The notes: generated by a model from the letters alone, not told the origin. DNA of 64,000 bases from Fimbriimonadales bacterium (GCA_041744215.1 JBGTLG010000039.1:64001-128000), one strand, 5' to 3'. Positions 50,057 through 60,164 are shown, counted from the stretch's first letter. Translations and numbers: made by a program.

Positions 50057-50866
50057 TTAGTGCGCGGGGGCGTGTGCCTCCTTCGATTCGTGCGCATCTT
50101 CTTCGTGGTGAGTGACGAGCGAAATGTAAACGCACGTCAGGAGACAAAAGATCAAAGCCTGCACGATACACGTGAGCAGTTTGATCGGCATTAGGAATGC
50201 TCCAACCGGGATGTAGTAGTCCCAGAGCATTTTGTTCATTGCGTCCGCAGCCTGGTGGCCGCCATCGATGTTTCCGTAGAGTCGCAGGCTGAGCGATACG
50301 TTTTTCATTACTTCGGAAATCAGCTCAACGACAAAGATGAGGCCTGAGATTGGGACGAGCACGAGTGGAAGTCTTGGGCCGGTGAAGTGGATCAGGTGTC
50401 TGAAGATAGCTCTCGGTACTGCGGCACCCTGGCTGACTCCTTTATGTCGAAGGTGTTCGTATTGCGAGACGACGCCCGCGTATTGAACATAGCCGACAGC
50501 AATCAGCGCCATGCCAAGGTTGAAGCTCAGGTCCGCTGTCGGCGAAGATGGGAAAAGCAACGCTGTAATGTTTCCGACGAAAATCACGATCCAGAACGTG
50601 AACATCATTGGAACAAATCGCTCGCCATGCGGACCAATGATCGAGATACAGAGGTTTTTTACGAAGATGTAAACGTGCTCGTAGAGCTTTGTTATCCGGT
50701 TGGTAAACACCCGATCCGTGAGCCCGGATTTTGCATACGCCATGGTGCCGAATATAAACGCCAGGACGAGGCCGACGTAAAACACGAGGCCCCAAAAACT
50801 CATTCCATGCCCTGCCTCCCCTGCGGCAGCAATGTTTGTCCCGGAAAAACGAAAATACGGTTCCAT
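50057..50866 (-). CDS. atpB: ATP synthase a subunit
   Basis: PTADL, SLSLRLYGN, VQALIF..L...YI. Confidence 0.93.
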   Translation of the reverse strand: MEPYFRFSGTNIAAAGEAGHGMSFWGLVFYVGLVLAFIFGTMAYAKSGLTDRVFTNRITKLYEHVYIFVKNLCISIIGPHGERFVPMMFTFWIVIFVGNITALLFPSSPTADLSFNLGMALIAVGYVQYAGVVSQYEHLRHKGVSQGAAVPRAIFRHLIHFTGPRLPLVLVPISGLIFVVELISEVMKNVSLSLRLYGNIDGGHQAADAMNKMLWDYYIPVGAFLMPIKLLTCIVQALIFCLLTCVYISLVTHHEEDAHESKEAHAPAH

Positions 50867-50885
50867 ACAACAGCAAAACGGGGGC

Positions 50886-51251
50886 CTAACTCGAAGTTAG
50901 AGCCCAACCGACCAGCGCGCAGTATACCATTGCAAAAGCCAGCATAAACAGAGTTGGCGCGGGGTGTCCGAGACGATACATGACGATCACCAGCCAGATC
51001 AGGATCGGCACCTTCACAAGGAACAGTCCGACGGCGAAGAATCCTCCGAGTTTGGTGGCTCCACGGTACGTCGCCGCTTCACCCATCAAGGCCATCAGCC
51101 GGGCTGAGGTCCAGAGGCTGAAGGCACCCGCCGCAAGGCCACTGGCTGCGCTGGAGAGTCCAAGTGTGCCGGCTTTGACCACTGCAAAGATTAGGAGACC
51201 CAGGGCGGTGGCGACGGAGGCGGCAAGGAACCAGCGGCGTCTTGGTGTCAC
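50886..51251 (-). CDS. AtpI-like four-TM membrane protein
   Basis: Four hydrophobic segments directly before atpB; GTGA overlap with upstream gene. Confidence 0.65.
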   Translation of the reverse strand: MTPRRRWFLAASVATALGLLIFAVVKAGTLGLSSAASGLAAGAFSLWTSARLMALMGEAATYRGATKLGGFFAVGLFLVKVPILIWLVIVMYRLGHPAPTLFMLAFAMVYCALVGWALTSS

Positions 51252-51631
51252 AACTTGCTCTGGTGCTTCGAGAGAATTGCCAACGCCATCGCGACGCCCG
51301 CGGCGGCCATGATGATCGTGAGCCAACCGCTCCAATTGCTGCCTCCAACTCGGTCGTCAATCAGCCGTCCTATGAAGTATCCGGCGAGCGGAGCGATGAT
51401 GATGACGTATGCGACGGTTAATCCGACTCCGAGCCCTCTCGCGGACTTCCCTTCGACGAGCGATCGTTTGGCGGCGTCGCCTCTGTGATTGTCATGTTTG
51501 GCCCTCGCCGCACGCCCGCGCTCTGAAATCGTCTCTATCTCGTCGATGATTTCAGTCGAGAAGGAATCCGGAGGCGCGGTGGTCGGTGCCTCGTCCTCTT
51601 GGTCGGGGTCGCGCCCAGGAACTTCGCTCAT
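51248..51631 (-). CDS. AtpZ/AtpI-family protein
   Basis: GLGVGLTVAY...GYFIGRLIDDR two-TM pattern; first gene of atp operon. Confidence 0.75.
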   Translation of the reverse strand: MSEVPGRDPDQEDEAPTTAPPDSFSTEIIDEIETISERGRAARAKHDNHRGDAAKRSLVEGKSARGLGVGLTVAYVIIIAPLAGYFIGRLIDDRVGGSNWSGWLTIIMAAAGVAMALAILSKHQSKL

Positions 51632-51672
51632 CCTGGCGACAGTGTACCGAAGCTCATCGTATACTTCTCGAC

Positions 51673-52680
51673 ATGCTGTTAGCAGCGACGATCCTGGCCC
51701 AGGCGTCGGCAGAGGTTCTGTCGCCGTCGCCGGCGGGCGCGCGTCTCGAGATACGGGAGTGGCCGGGAACGATCGCGAAGTGTCCGAAGTACGGCTGGGA
51801 GTTTCCGTTCGCGTACGAGGGTTGGGCTGGCTCCGGGGACGCGTCTGAGTTGCGGCTGCGAGTGTATGCGCAAAGCGTGAAGTCGGCGCCGATCGCCAAG
51901 TCTGCAACGCGGATGCTGTTGCGGCTATGGGAGATGTCGACGGTGAGGATTCGATTCGACCATCCCCTCATGTTCAAGAGTCTGATCGAGGTGTTCCTCT
52001 GCGACGGCGGAGCGGCCGGTGGTGAGCAAGGCATTTTCCACTATCCCGACGGCAGGTCGACTAGCGGCATCTATATCTATCATCTGGACTCGTTCACGGA
52101 CCCGGTCGAGCGAGCCAGAGAGATTGCCCACGAGTACGGACACGCGATACTGCCAAACACCCGCGGGTTTGAGACACCGGAAGAATTCGGAAATGGATTC
52201 CTCGGCGAGAAGCTGTTCTTGATGTGGCTGGTAGGCTCAATTGCAAAAGGCCACTTGACCATAGATGACGCGATGGGCGCTGACCTAACGGACTGGGTAA
52301 GGAAGAACGCTCATCCGCTTTCAGATTCTGTATGGCTTGGGGGTCCCAAGCAGTCGGCGTTGACCGGAAGCGGGCAGCGCGCTCTCGACGCGTACATCGG
52401 GACGCACCTATACTTCTGGGAGGCGTTTCCAAGCGCACTCGGTCGCGGGATGAAGCTTGCCGGGGGCCCAAGGGCGACAGACGTTCTCAAGGGGTTGCTC
52501 TACGCCATTGAGGAGATTGGCGACTGGGAGGTGTACGTTCCGGACCGGCTTCGCGGCAAGGAAGTTTGGCTGCCGGTCAATGGCTGGAAGGTATCGGGCG
52601 GATCGGTGGTGAGCCGAAGCGGCACTTGGGCAAAGATTCGGACTAGCAACGTCAAGCTAGAGGTCGTCAAACCTGACTAG
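51673..52680 (+). CDS. Secreted hypothetical protein with HExxH motif (putative zinc peptidase)
   Basis: Signal peptide; REIAHEYGH followed by EEFGNG. Confidence 0.7.
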   Translation: MLLAATILAQASAEVLSPSPAGARLEIREWPGTIAKCPKYGWEFPFAYEGWAGSGDASELRLRVYAQSVKSAPIAKSATRMLLRLWEMSTVRIRFDHPLMFKSLIEVFLCDGGAAGGEQGIFHYPDGRSTSGIYIYHLDSFTDPVERAREIAHEYGHAILPNTRGFETPEEFGNGFLGEKLFLMWLVGSIAKGHLTIDDAMGADLTDWVRKNAHPLSDSVWLGGPKQSALTGSGQRALDAYIGTHLYFWEAFPSALGRGMKLAGGPRATDVLKGLLYAIEEIGDWEVYVPDRLRGKEVWLPVNGWKVSGGSVVSRSGTWAKIRTSNVKLEVVKPD

Positions 52681-53036
52681 CCGGTTTCTTTCGGCGTGAA
52701 ACTGGTTCCACATCCGCACCCACGGGCTGCGTTCGGATTTTCGAACTTGAACCCGCCACCAATCAGTTCGCCGGTAAAGTCCAGGGTGGCGCTCTTAAGG
52801 AACTGAGCAGATTTTGGGTCGATGACGACGCGGATGCCGTCGATCTGCGCCTCCAGGTCCCCATCTTTGTTTGTCGAATCCAGGCGCATGACGTATTCGA
52901 GCCCCGAGCATCCCCCGCCCTTCACACCAAGGCGAAGGAACTTGTCGCCGCCTGCCTTTTCGATCAGTTTACGAACTCGCGCGACGGCGGCCTCGCTGAG
53001 GCTCACAGGAAAATCAGTAAGTGATTTCGAATCCAT
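52677..53036 (-). CDS. A-type Fe-S carrier (IscA/HesB family)
   Basis: GGGCSGLEY, NPNAARGCGCGTSF. Confidence 0.93.
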   Translation of the reverse strand: MDSKSLTDFPVSLSEAAVARVRKLIEKAGGDKFLRLGVKGGGCSGLEYVMRLDSTNKDGDLEAQIDGIRVVIDPKSAQFLKSATLDFTGELIGGGFKFENPNAARGCGCGTSFTPKETG

Positions 53037-53123
53037 GTTCTTCAATTGTATTCAACGTTGAGGACTGTCCGCGCGATCCCCTGCGGGCAAGATTCCATCC
53101 TTTGGGCGTAGAATCCCGACTCA

Positions 53124-55142
53124 ATGACGGAGATTCCAACACGCGAGGAGTTCTTATTCCTCCCAGCTTGGCAAAAGACGCTGTTCTACGTCTTGATCTT
53201 CGGTTGTCTGGCGGTGCTGGCTTATCAAGTCTACATCCGCTTTAAGCTTTGGCGACAAGGCAAGCCCATTGACTGGAAACCTGATTATCTCGGCGGCGTC
53301 ATTCGTTACGTCCTGGGCCAGAAGAAGGTGAAGAGTTCGCGGCCCAAGAGTGGCGCGCCGATGCACCTGCTCATCTTCTATGGATTCTTGGCACTTTTCA
53401 TAGCGACGACGCTTCTCGCAGTCAACACTTATTCTCCGTGGAAGTTTCACCAGGGCACCTACTACCTCATCTACGAATTCACGTTCGATTGGCTGGGGCT
53501 ACTGCTCGTCATAGGGTTGGTTTGGGCACTTGGGCGGAGGTTGCTGTTCCGACCGCGCTCGGTGACCAACGATCCTGGCGATATCGCAGCTTTGCTCCTG
53601 CTGTTGGTCGTCGCCGTAACAGGGTACTTGGTAGAAGCAGCGAGAATGAGCGCGAATCCGAAGTGGTTCGACACTTCCGCTCCCGTAGGCTATTGGCTTT
53701 CAGGGTTGCTGGGCCCGATCTCTCCAGACGCTTACGTCGCGATTTGGTGGACGCACTCATTGTTAGTAATGGCGTTCATCGTGATGATTCCACGGCTAAG
53801 ACTGCGGCATATCGCATATGCGTTTTTTTCAGCTGCGGGTCGCGACCCTAACGCGAAGATGGGCGAACTAAGACCCATTTCGATGGAAGAGGTTGAGCAG
53901 ACCGGCAAAATCGGTGTAACTGACCATCGGGATTATTCGCGATGGCATCTGATGTCACTGGATGCCTGTATGGAATGCGGACGTTGCACTGATGTGTGTC
54001 CTGCGTGGAATGTTGGCAAAGTACTGAATCCGAAGCATGTCGTTCAAGACATTCGGTCGTCGATGACGGTTGGAAGGGGTGTCGCCGAAGCAGTCAGCGA
54101 GGAGGCTCTTTGGGCTTGCACGACCTGCAATGCTTGCGTTGAGGCGTGCCCTGTCTTGATTCGACACGTCGACTTGATTGTCGACGCGCGGCGGGGGCTA
54201 GTCGCAGAGGGACGATTGACGGGAACCGCCGCGACGATGTTGAGGCAAGTTCAATCGACTCACAGCGCATGGGGACAACCGAAGGAGGAGCGCGAAAAGT
54301 GGATGGGAGGACACAATGTTCCGCTCGCTCGCGATTTGGTTGCGCGCGGTGAGTCGTTTGACGTTTTGCTCTGGGTGGGGTGCGCGGGAACCACCGACCC
54401 GAACGCAATCAAGACTTATCGCAGTATTGCTGCGATGCTTCACAAATCGGGAGTTCGATTTGCATCGCTAGGGCGCGAGGAGATGTGCACCGGAGATCCG
54501 GCCCGAAGGGCTGGGGACGAATTCCTGTTTCAAGAAATGGCCGCTGCAAATATTGCCACGTTTGAAGGCTACGGTGTTAAGACCATTCTCACCGCATGTC
54601 CGCATTGCTTCAACACCATTAAGAACGAGTATCCCCAGTTTGCCGGCAACTACGAAGTGATGCACCACACCCAGTTTCTTGCGAAGTTAGTGACTGATGG
54701 TAGATTGAAATCGCCTTCGTTTGAAGCTGGATCAGTGACGATGCACGATCCCTGTTATCTTGCGCGAGTCAACAATGAAACGGATGCTCCAAGAATCGCG
54801 CTCGGAGTTCCTTCAGATCAAAACCTCTATGAGACGCCGATAGGAAAGTACTTGAACGAACCGGTGGAAGCTGGCAACGAATTGTCGGAGGTGGAGGCGC
54901 ACGGGAGGAAAACGCTTTGTTGTGGAGCGGGCGGAGCGCGGATGTGGATGGAGGAAGATGCGAATCAGCGGCCAGGGGAGCGGCGGGCGAAGCAGCTGCT
55001 GGACACAGGTGCGGAGACTGTAGCGCTCGGCTGCCCGTTCTGTCGAATCATGCTTGAGGCGAGTATGCAGAAGATTGCGCCTGAAGGCGCGCCACAGTTT
55101 AAGGACGTTGCCGAACTCCTGCACGAGGCGAATCGTGATTAG
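53124..55142 (+). CDS. Membrane-bound Fe-S oxidoreductase (FadF/HdrD-like)
   Basis: N-terminal TM helices; CMECGRCTDVCP, CTTCNACVEACP; two CCG domains (WVGC, CPHC, HDPC, CCGAGG, CPFC). Confidence 0.88.
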   Translation: MTEIPTREEFLFLPAWQKTLFYVLIFGCLAVLAYQVYIRFKLWRQGKPIDWKPDYLGGVIRYVLGQKKVKSSRPKSGAPMHLLIFYGFLALFIATTLLAVNTYSPWKFHQGTYYLIYEFTFDWLGLLLVIGLVWALGRRLLFRPRSVTNDPGDIAALLLLLVVAVTGYLVEAARMSANPKWFDTSAPVGYWLSGLLGPISPDAYVAIWWTHSLLVMAFIVMIPRLRLRHIAYAFFSAAGRDPNAKMGELRPISMEEVEQTGKIGVTDHRDYSRWHLMSLDACMECGRCTDVCPAWNVGKVLNPKHVVQDIRSSMTVGRGVAEAVSEEALWACTTCNACVEACPVLIRHVDLIVDARRGLVAEGRLTGTAATMLRQVQSTHSAWGQPKEEREKWMGGHNVPLARDLVARGESFDVLLWVGCAGTTDPNAIKTYRSIAAMLHKSGVRFASLGREEMCTGDPARRAGDEFLFQEMAAANIATFEGYGVKTILTACPHCFNTIKNEYPQFAGNYEVMHHTQFLAKLVTDGRLKSPSFEAGSVTMHDPCYLARVNNETDAPRIALGVPSDQNLYETPIGKYLNEPVEAGNELSEVEAHGRKTLCCGAGGARMWMEEDANQRPGERRAKQLLDTGAETVALGCPFCRIMLEASMQKIAPEGAPQFKDVAELLHEANRD

Positions 55143-55518
55143 AGGCTTAGGGATTGACGTTGTGGAGGTGCGGCGCATCGAACAGGCGATGGAAAATCCT
55201 CGATTTGTGGACCGAGTCCTGACCGCGCAGGAGCAACACCAACCGGTTACGGCGCCTTTTGTCGCTGGGCGCTGGGCGGCGAAGGAAGCCGTCGCGAAGG
55301 CGGTCACCGTTCGATTGCGATGGCACGACATTGAGATACTGAACGATGAGAATGGCAAGCCTTACGTTCGGTTTGCGACTCCCGACCACGAAGATCCGAC
55401 GATGACGCTTGCGCCTGTGCTACTCGAAGTTGGCTATCGCGTCGCTTCTCAGATTCACATATCGATATCTCATGAGCGCGGGATTGCCAGCGCGGTCGCG
55501 ATCTGGGAGGAGGACTGA
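55135..55518 (+). CDS. acpS: Holo-ACP synthase
   Basis: GLGIDVV, AGRWAAKEA, GKP, SISHE. Confidence 0.92.
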   Translation: MIRGLGIDVVEVRRIEQAMENPRFVDRVLTAQEQHQPVTAPFVAGRWAAKEAVAKAVTVRLRWHDIEILNDENGKPYVRFATPDHEDPTMTLAPVLLEVGYRVASQIHISISHERGIASAVAIWEED

Positions 55519-56120
55519 TGAGATTGGCTGTGATGGTCGGAGCGAAAGGCAGGGGCTCGAATATGAGCGCGATTTTGCGGGCATGCAGTTCTGGCCGTTT
55601 GGACGCAGAGTGCGGAGTCGTCATTGCACCCAGTAAGAACGTGCCGGCAATCGAAACCGCGAGCGAGATGAATGCGGAGGTTGCGGTCATTTCGCCAGAT
55701 GAATCCGCGTATGCCGATGCGCTTCTCAACATCTTGGAGTTGGAGCGAGTCGACTTACTTTGCCTTGCCGGCGTGACGCGTTTGCTTCCGCGCGAAGTCG
55801 TGCGGGCGATGCCTCGCAGGATTCTCAACATTCACCCCGCGCTGTTGCCGAAGTTTGGAGGCAAAGGGATGTATGGGTTGCGAGTTCATCAAGCTGTAAT
55901 CGACGCCGGCGAACGAGTGTCTGGATGCACAGTACACTATGTCACGGAAGAGTATGATGAGGGTGAGATATTGTTGCAAATGACGTGCCCATTGGACACC
56001 GCAGAAACGGCTGAGACGCTTGCGGCAAAGGTATTGGCGTTAGAGCACGAGTGTTATGTGAAAGCGATTCAGATGTGGATCGCGCACCGCTACAGCAGAG
56101 GTCGGAACGCGTCCTTGTAG
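55518..56120 (+). CDS. purN: Phosphoribosylglycinamide formyltransferase
   Basis: GRGSNM, NIHPALLP, SGCTVH, YDEG, LEH. Confidence 0.93.
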   Translation: MRLAVMVGAKGRGSNMSAILRACSSGRLDAECGVVIAPSKNVPAIETASEMNAEVAVISPDESAYADALLNILELERVDLLCLAGVTRLLPREVVRAMPRRILNIHPALLPKFGGKGMYGLRVHQAVIDAGERVSGCTVHYVTEEYDEGEILLQMTCPLDTAETAETLAAKVLALEHECYVKAIQMWIAHRYSRGRNASL

Positions 56121-56443
56121 TGGTTTAGTTCCTCACCGTTTATCGCAACGACGTCAAAGCGACAGATGTGATCGGACTGGCCCACGTCAGCGAGGTACTG
56201 TTCCGCTGTAATCCACAATCGTTTTTGCTTTGCGGGCGTGACCGATTCCTCAGCCGTTTCCCATGCACCCTTCCTGCGTGATCGAACTTCGACGAATACG
56301 AGTTCGTCGCCGTCTTTGGCAACGATGTCGATTTCGGATGCACCCTTCTTGTAGTTGCGGGTAACGATGGAGTATCCAATTGCGAGCAGGAACTCGACTG
56401 CACGCTTCTCGCCGACGTCGCCTATCCCACGAAATCCAGACAC
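56090..56443 (-). CDS. YraN/UPF0102 family protein
   Basis: GE..A..FL...GY, EIDIVA, VFVEVRSR, RFDVV; start uncertain. Confidence 0.88.
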   Translation of the reverse strand: MSGFRGIGDVGEKRAVEFLLAIGYSIVTRNYKKGASEIDIVAKDGDELVFVEVRSRRKGAWETAEESVTPAKQKRLWITAEQYLADVGQSDHICRFDVVAINGEELNHYKDAFRPLL

Positions 56444-57036
56444 GGCTGCTCCAATACATTGCGGACTGGCGCGAAAGACGTTCTGTGTGCCGGGCATGGA
56501 CCAAACTCGCGAAGCGCCCAGAGATGCTCGGGGGTCGCGTAACCGAAATGGCGTTCAAATCCGTACTCTGGATACTCGTGCGCAAGACGGACCATCAACG
56601 CATCGCGGTAAGTCTTTGCAAGTACGCTGGCCGCTGCGATTTGTAGGAATCTGGAGTCGCCTTTGATCACGCACTCTACGGGAACCTCTAAACCTGGCGG
56701 GGGACGGTTGCCGTCGATTAGCGCTCCTCCAATCTGGCACTCCAGTCCCTCAACCGCGCGCCTCATCGCGGCCATAGTCGCCCAAAGGATGTTGAGATTG
56801 TCGATCTCGTGAGGATCAGCAAGCGAGATCGACCAGGTGCACTGAGATTGGATCGCGATCGCGGCATGCTCGCGAGCCGCCGGCGTCATCTGCTTGCTGT
56901 CCGTGAGGCCTTCGAAGCGAAAGCCGTCTGGTGCCAGCACAGCGGCAGCGACGACAGGACCAGCCAGGGGTCCCCGCCCCGCTTCATCAACTCCTGCCCA
57001 ACCAGGGCGGATCTCTAGTGCGGCTCTAGTGTGCAT
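56422..57036 (-). CDS. rnhB: Ribonuclease HII
   Basis: GVDEAGRGPLAGPV, DSK, DGN, AAASVLAK, HRTSF. Confidence 0.95.
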   Translation of the reverse strand: MHTRAALEIRPGWAGVDEAGRGPLAGPVVAAAVLAPDGFRFEGLTDSKQMTPAAREHAAIAIQSQCTWSISLADPHEIDNLNILWATMAAMRRAVEGLECQIGGALIDGNRPPPGLEVPVECVIKGDSRFLQIAAASVLAKTYRDALMVRLAHEYPEYGFERHFGYATPEHLWALREFGPCPAHRTSFAPVRNVLEQPCLDFVG

Positions 57037-57094
57037 CCCGTCAAAAGACGGGCTAGTTTAGGCCGAAGCTTCGACTCCGCGCAACGGTTTGCCT

Positions 57095-57616
57095 TTAGAG
57101 TCCAGCTGCGCTTTTTGCTGAGCGCATGTCGTCCAGAAGTCTCTCGCCCTTATAGCCGACGACTTTGGAAACCTGGCTGCCATCTGGGGCTAAGAACCGG
57201 ATATCTGGAATTCCGCTGACTCCGTACTTCTGGGCAACCTTCGGCTGCTCATCGGTATCGATCTTGACAAGGATAAAGTCCTTGGCCGCTTCTTTGAACT
57301 GTTCGGTCGGGAAGACCTTGTCGACGTACATCTGGCATGGACCGCACCAGGTCGCCATGAAGTCGACCATCACCATCTTGTTCTCTGACTTTGCGAGCTT
57401 CATTGCCTCGTCCAGGTTTGTCATCCAAGCCCGGTCAGCCTGATGTTCAGCCCCGCCGCGGGCGTCCGTCCCCTCGCCGGCCTTGCCGGGCACCGTGGAT
57501 TCTGCGGTCACGACGGTAGGCTCACCGCTGTCGGCAATAGGTTCGGTTTCATCGCAGCCTCCCAGCGCGATTGAGGCGGCGACGGCGAGAGCGGAGAGGG
57601 TGAGTAAGGTCTTCAT
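57095..57616 (-). CDS. Thioredoxin-family lipoprotein
   Basis: LGGC lipobox; DFMATWCGPC; GIP cis-Pro. Confidence 0.88.
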   Translation of the reverse strand: MKTLLTLSALAVAASIALGGCDETEPIADSGEPTVVTAESTVPGKAGEGTDARGGAEHQADRAWMTNLDEAMKLAKSENKMVMVDFMATWCGPCQMYVDKVFPTEQFKEAAKDFILVKIDTDEQPKVAQKYGVSGIPDIRFLAPDGSQVSKVVGYKGERLLDDMRSAKSAAGL

Positions 57617-57639
57617 AGTGTCATTCTCGGTACAAGTAG

Positions 57640-58329
57640 CTAACCTGTTCTACGGTTTTGGAGTTCCAGGCGATCCAGCGAGATGGGCCCTAGGCTCAAA
57701 TTGAAGACGTTCTCGAACGCGGCTTTAGCTTCACTCATCGCCTGGCTTCGGGTTATGTCCCGACCAGTTTCAACGGCAAGCGAGGTAACTCCACGGTCGG
57801 GAAGGCCGCAAGGGACGATCCAGTTGAATGGCGTGAGATCATTATTGCAGTTGAGGGCGATGCCATGAGTGCTGACCCATTTCGACACTTTGATTCCTAT
57901 TGCGGCGATTTTCTTTTCGCCAACCCAGACTCCAGTGTTCGGGGGGAAACGACGACCTTCCACACCGCACGCTGCAATGGTGCGAATCGTGGCTTCTTCG
58001 AGATCTCTGAGCCACTTGTGCAGGTCAGAGCCGTGGTCTCTCAGGCTGAAGATTGGATAAATCACGAGTTGGTCTGGGCCATGGTAGGTGATATCCCCAC
58101 CTCGATCAGTCGGCTGGATTGAAATGCCGCGTTCCTCGTAGTACTCTGAGTCGTAGAGAAGATTTTGCGGGTGGTAACTCGCACCGAGCGAGTAGACGGG
58201 GTCGTGCTCCACAAAGAGCAACGTGTCTCTGATATCGCCAGACGCTCTGCGAAGCGCCAGGCTCTTTTGCAATTGCCAGCACTGCGAATACTCGATTCGG
58301 CCGACGTCGATGAAATCTCCGTAACGCAA
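57640..58329 (-). CDS. lipB: Octanoyltransferase LipB
   Basis: EHDPVYSLG, RGGDITYHGP, KIAAIG, HGIALN, IVPCG. Confidence 0.94.
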   Translation of the reverse strand: MRYGDFIDVGRIEYSQCWQLQKSLALRRASGDIRDTLLFVEHDPVYSLGASYHPQNLLYDSEYYEERGISIQPTDRGGDITYHGPDQLVIYPIFSLRDHGSDLHKWLRDLEEATIRTIAACGVEGRRFPPNTGVWVGEKKIAAIGIKVSKWVSTHGIALNCNNDLTPFNWIVPCGLPDRGVTSLAVETGRDITRSQAMSEAKAAFENVFNLSLGPISLDRLELQNRRTG

Positions 58330-58339
58330 CGTGAATCAT

Positions 58340-58415
58340 TGGCGCGCCCGAAGGGATTCGAACCCCCGACTTCCTCCTCCGGAGGGAGGCGCTCTATCCG
58401 CTGAGCTACGGGCGC
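58340..58415 (-). tRNA. tRNA-Arg(CCG)
   Basis: GCGCCCGTAGCTCAGCGGATAGAGC, anticodon arm CCTCC-CTCCGGA-GGAGG, GTTCGAATC, CCA end. Confidence 0.96.
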
Positions 58416-58511
58416 GTCCGCGAAAAGTATGGCACAGCGGGACTTTCGGCCCCGATGCCGAATCCTGTCGACTGGGATTCTCGTGACTCCAGTAGACTCA
58501 CTGTCTAGATC

Positions 58512-60164
58512 ATGCGCAATTGCCTCATCATCTCTCTTGCCGTTGGGCTCACGTCCGTTGCTCTGTTCGCAGGTTTCCGCTGCACGCAGGCGCGCGTACA
58601 AGCGCAACTCGGCACAAAAACTCAAGAGTCAATCAAAGTCGAAAAAGGCGACATTTCGGTTACCGTTGTCGAAGGCGGAACGATCCAGGCGGCCCAAAAA
58701 GTGGAAGTGAAGAGTCGGGTTTCTGGGCGTGTGCTTCAACTCAATGTTCGGGAGGGTGACCGGGTTGAGCGGGGGCAGCTGATCGCCACCATCGACCCGC
58801 AAGAGATACGACTTCAAGTCGACCAAGCGAGCGCGCAATTGCGGGGGGCAGAAAGCGCTGCGCGGCGGGCACAACTAAGCATAGGACAGACCGAAAAAGA
58901 ATTGCGAACTCAAGTTGTCCAGAGCGAACAGCGTCTGATTCAAGCAGAGCGCGAGTGGAAGAGTCAGCCGGAATTGAGTCGCAATCAGACAGCACAGACT
59001 CGTATCGCATACGAAAACGCGGTTCGGAATCGCGAAACACTCGCAAACATCACGCATCCACAGGAGCGCGTTCGAGTCGACGCGTCGCTGCAGAGCGCAG
59101 AGATGCAGCACGCCAACGATAAGCGTGAATTGGATCGTAAGACGGCTCTATTGCAGCAAGGTTATGTTTCGCAACGAGAGGTCGACGCCGCGCGCTCGCA
59201 ACTATCTTCTTCGGAGAGCGCGCTCGTTCGGGCAAGAGACGAAGCGCGGCGGCTGACAGACAAACACGGTGCCGAATTGCGGAGTGCGGAGAACAACGTT
59301 CGCGAGGCAAAAGCCGCGCTTGATGTCGCGCTTACTCGTTCAAACCTTGACAAGAACAAGGAGCAGGTTTATCTCGACGCTAAGGCAGCCCACCAGCAGG
59401 CGAAAGCGAACCTGGCACGAGTTGAGTTAGAGCGCGCCTCATACCAGCAGGCGCTTGCTCAATCTGACCAGATTCGCGCTTCACTAGCCGAAGGACGCAG
59501 ACAGCTTGGCGAAACTGAGATACGCGCTCCCATGAGCGGCGTCGTCACAAAGCGACTTGTGGAACAGGGAGAGTTAGTTTCGGCGCTCAGCAGTTTTTCT
59601 GGTGGGACACCCATCGTCGAGATTGGGGACCTGTCCGACCTTCAAGTTGATTTAGAAGTTAATGAGATTGACGTCGCTAAACTCGCAGAGGGAATGCAGG
59701 CAGAGATTCAAGTAGATGCGCTACCCGATCGCAAGTTGAAAGGTGAAATCAAGCGGATCGCTCCGTCAAGCGCCGCAGATGCTGCTGGACAAGCAGCGGC
59801 TGTTGTCAGATTTCGGGTCGAGGTTCGCATCGAAGACGGAGACGAACGAATCAAGCCGGGAATGTCTGCGAGGTGCAGCATGAAGGCCGTTGACATTCGA
59901 GGCGTGTTGCGCGTGCCTATCGAGTATTTGGGTACGGATGACGAGGGCCGATTCGTCCTGATACAGCGTCAAGACGGCCAGGGTAAGCGGATTGACCCCG
60001 AAAAGCGCCGTGTCGATGTGGGTGCCTTCAGCGTGACCTTCGCTGAGATTCGGTCCGGCATCACCGAAGGGGAAACCATTGTCAAACCTGAATTCTCCGG
60101 CCCCCCCCGGATCGGAATGATGTCTGCCGGACCCGATTCCGGGGGCAGTGAGACGGACGAATGA
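58512..60164 (+). CDS. MacA/HlyD-type periplasmic adaptor subunit
   Basis: VKSRVSGRV..L.VREGD.V..GQ, long coiled coil, IRAPMSG, VNEID, PGMSA. Confidence 0.9.
   Translation: MRNCLIISLAVGLTSVALFAGFRCTQARVQAQLGTKTQESIKVEKGDISVTVVEGGTIQAAQKVEVKSRVSGRVLQLNVREGDRVERGQLIATIDPQEIRLQVDQASAQLRGAESAARRAQLSIGQTEKELRTQVVQSEQRLIQAEREWKSQPELSRNQTAQTRIAYENAVRNRETLANITHPQERVRVDASLQSAEMQHANDKRELDRKTALLQQGYVSQREVDAARSQLSSSESALVRARDEARRLTDKHGAELRSAENNVREAKAALDVALTRSNLDKNKEQVYLDAKAAHQQAKANLARVELERASYQQALAQSDQIRASLAEGRRQLGETEIRAPMSGVVTKRLVEQGELVSALSSFSGGTPIVEIGDLSDLQVDLEVNEIDVAKLAEGMQAEIQVDALPDRKLKGEIKRIAPSSAADAAGQAAAVVRFRVEVRIEDGDERIKPGMSARCSMKAVDIRGVLRVPIEYLGTDDEGRFVLIQRQDGQGKRIDPEKRRVDVGAFSVTFAEIRSGITEGETIVKPEFSGPPRIGMMSAGPDSGGSETDE

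Noticed and set aside
57037-57052. CCCGTC-AAAA-GACGGG hairpin before rnhB
   Set aside because: 6-bp stem with no U-tract; too little to assign a function.
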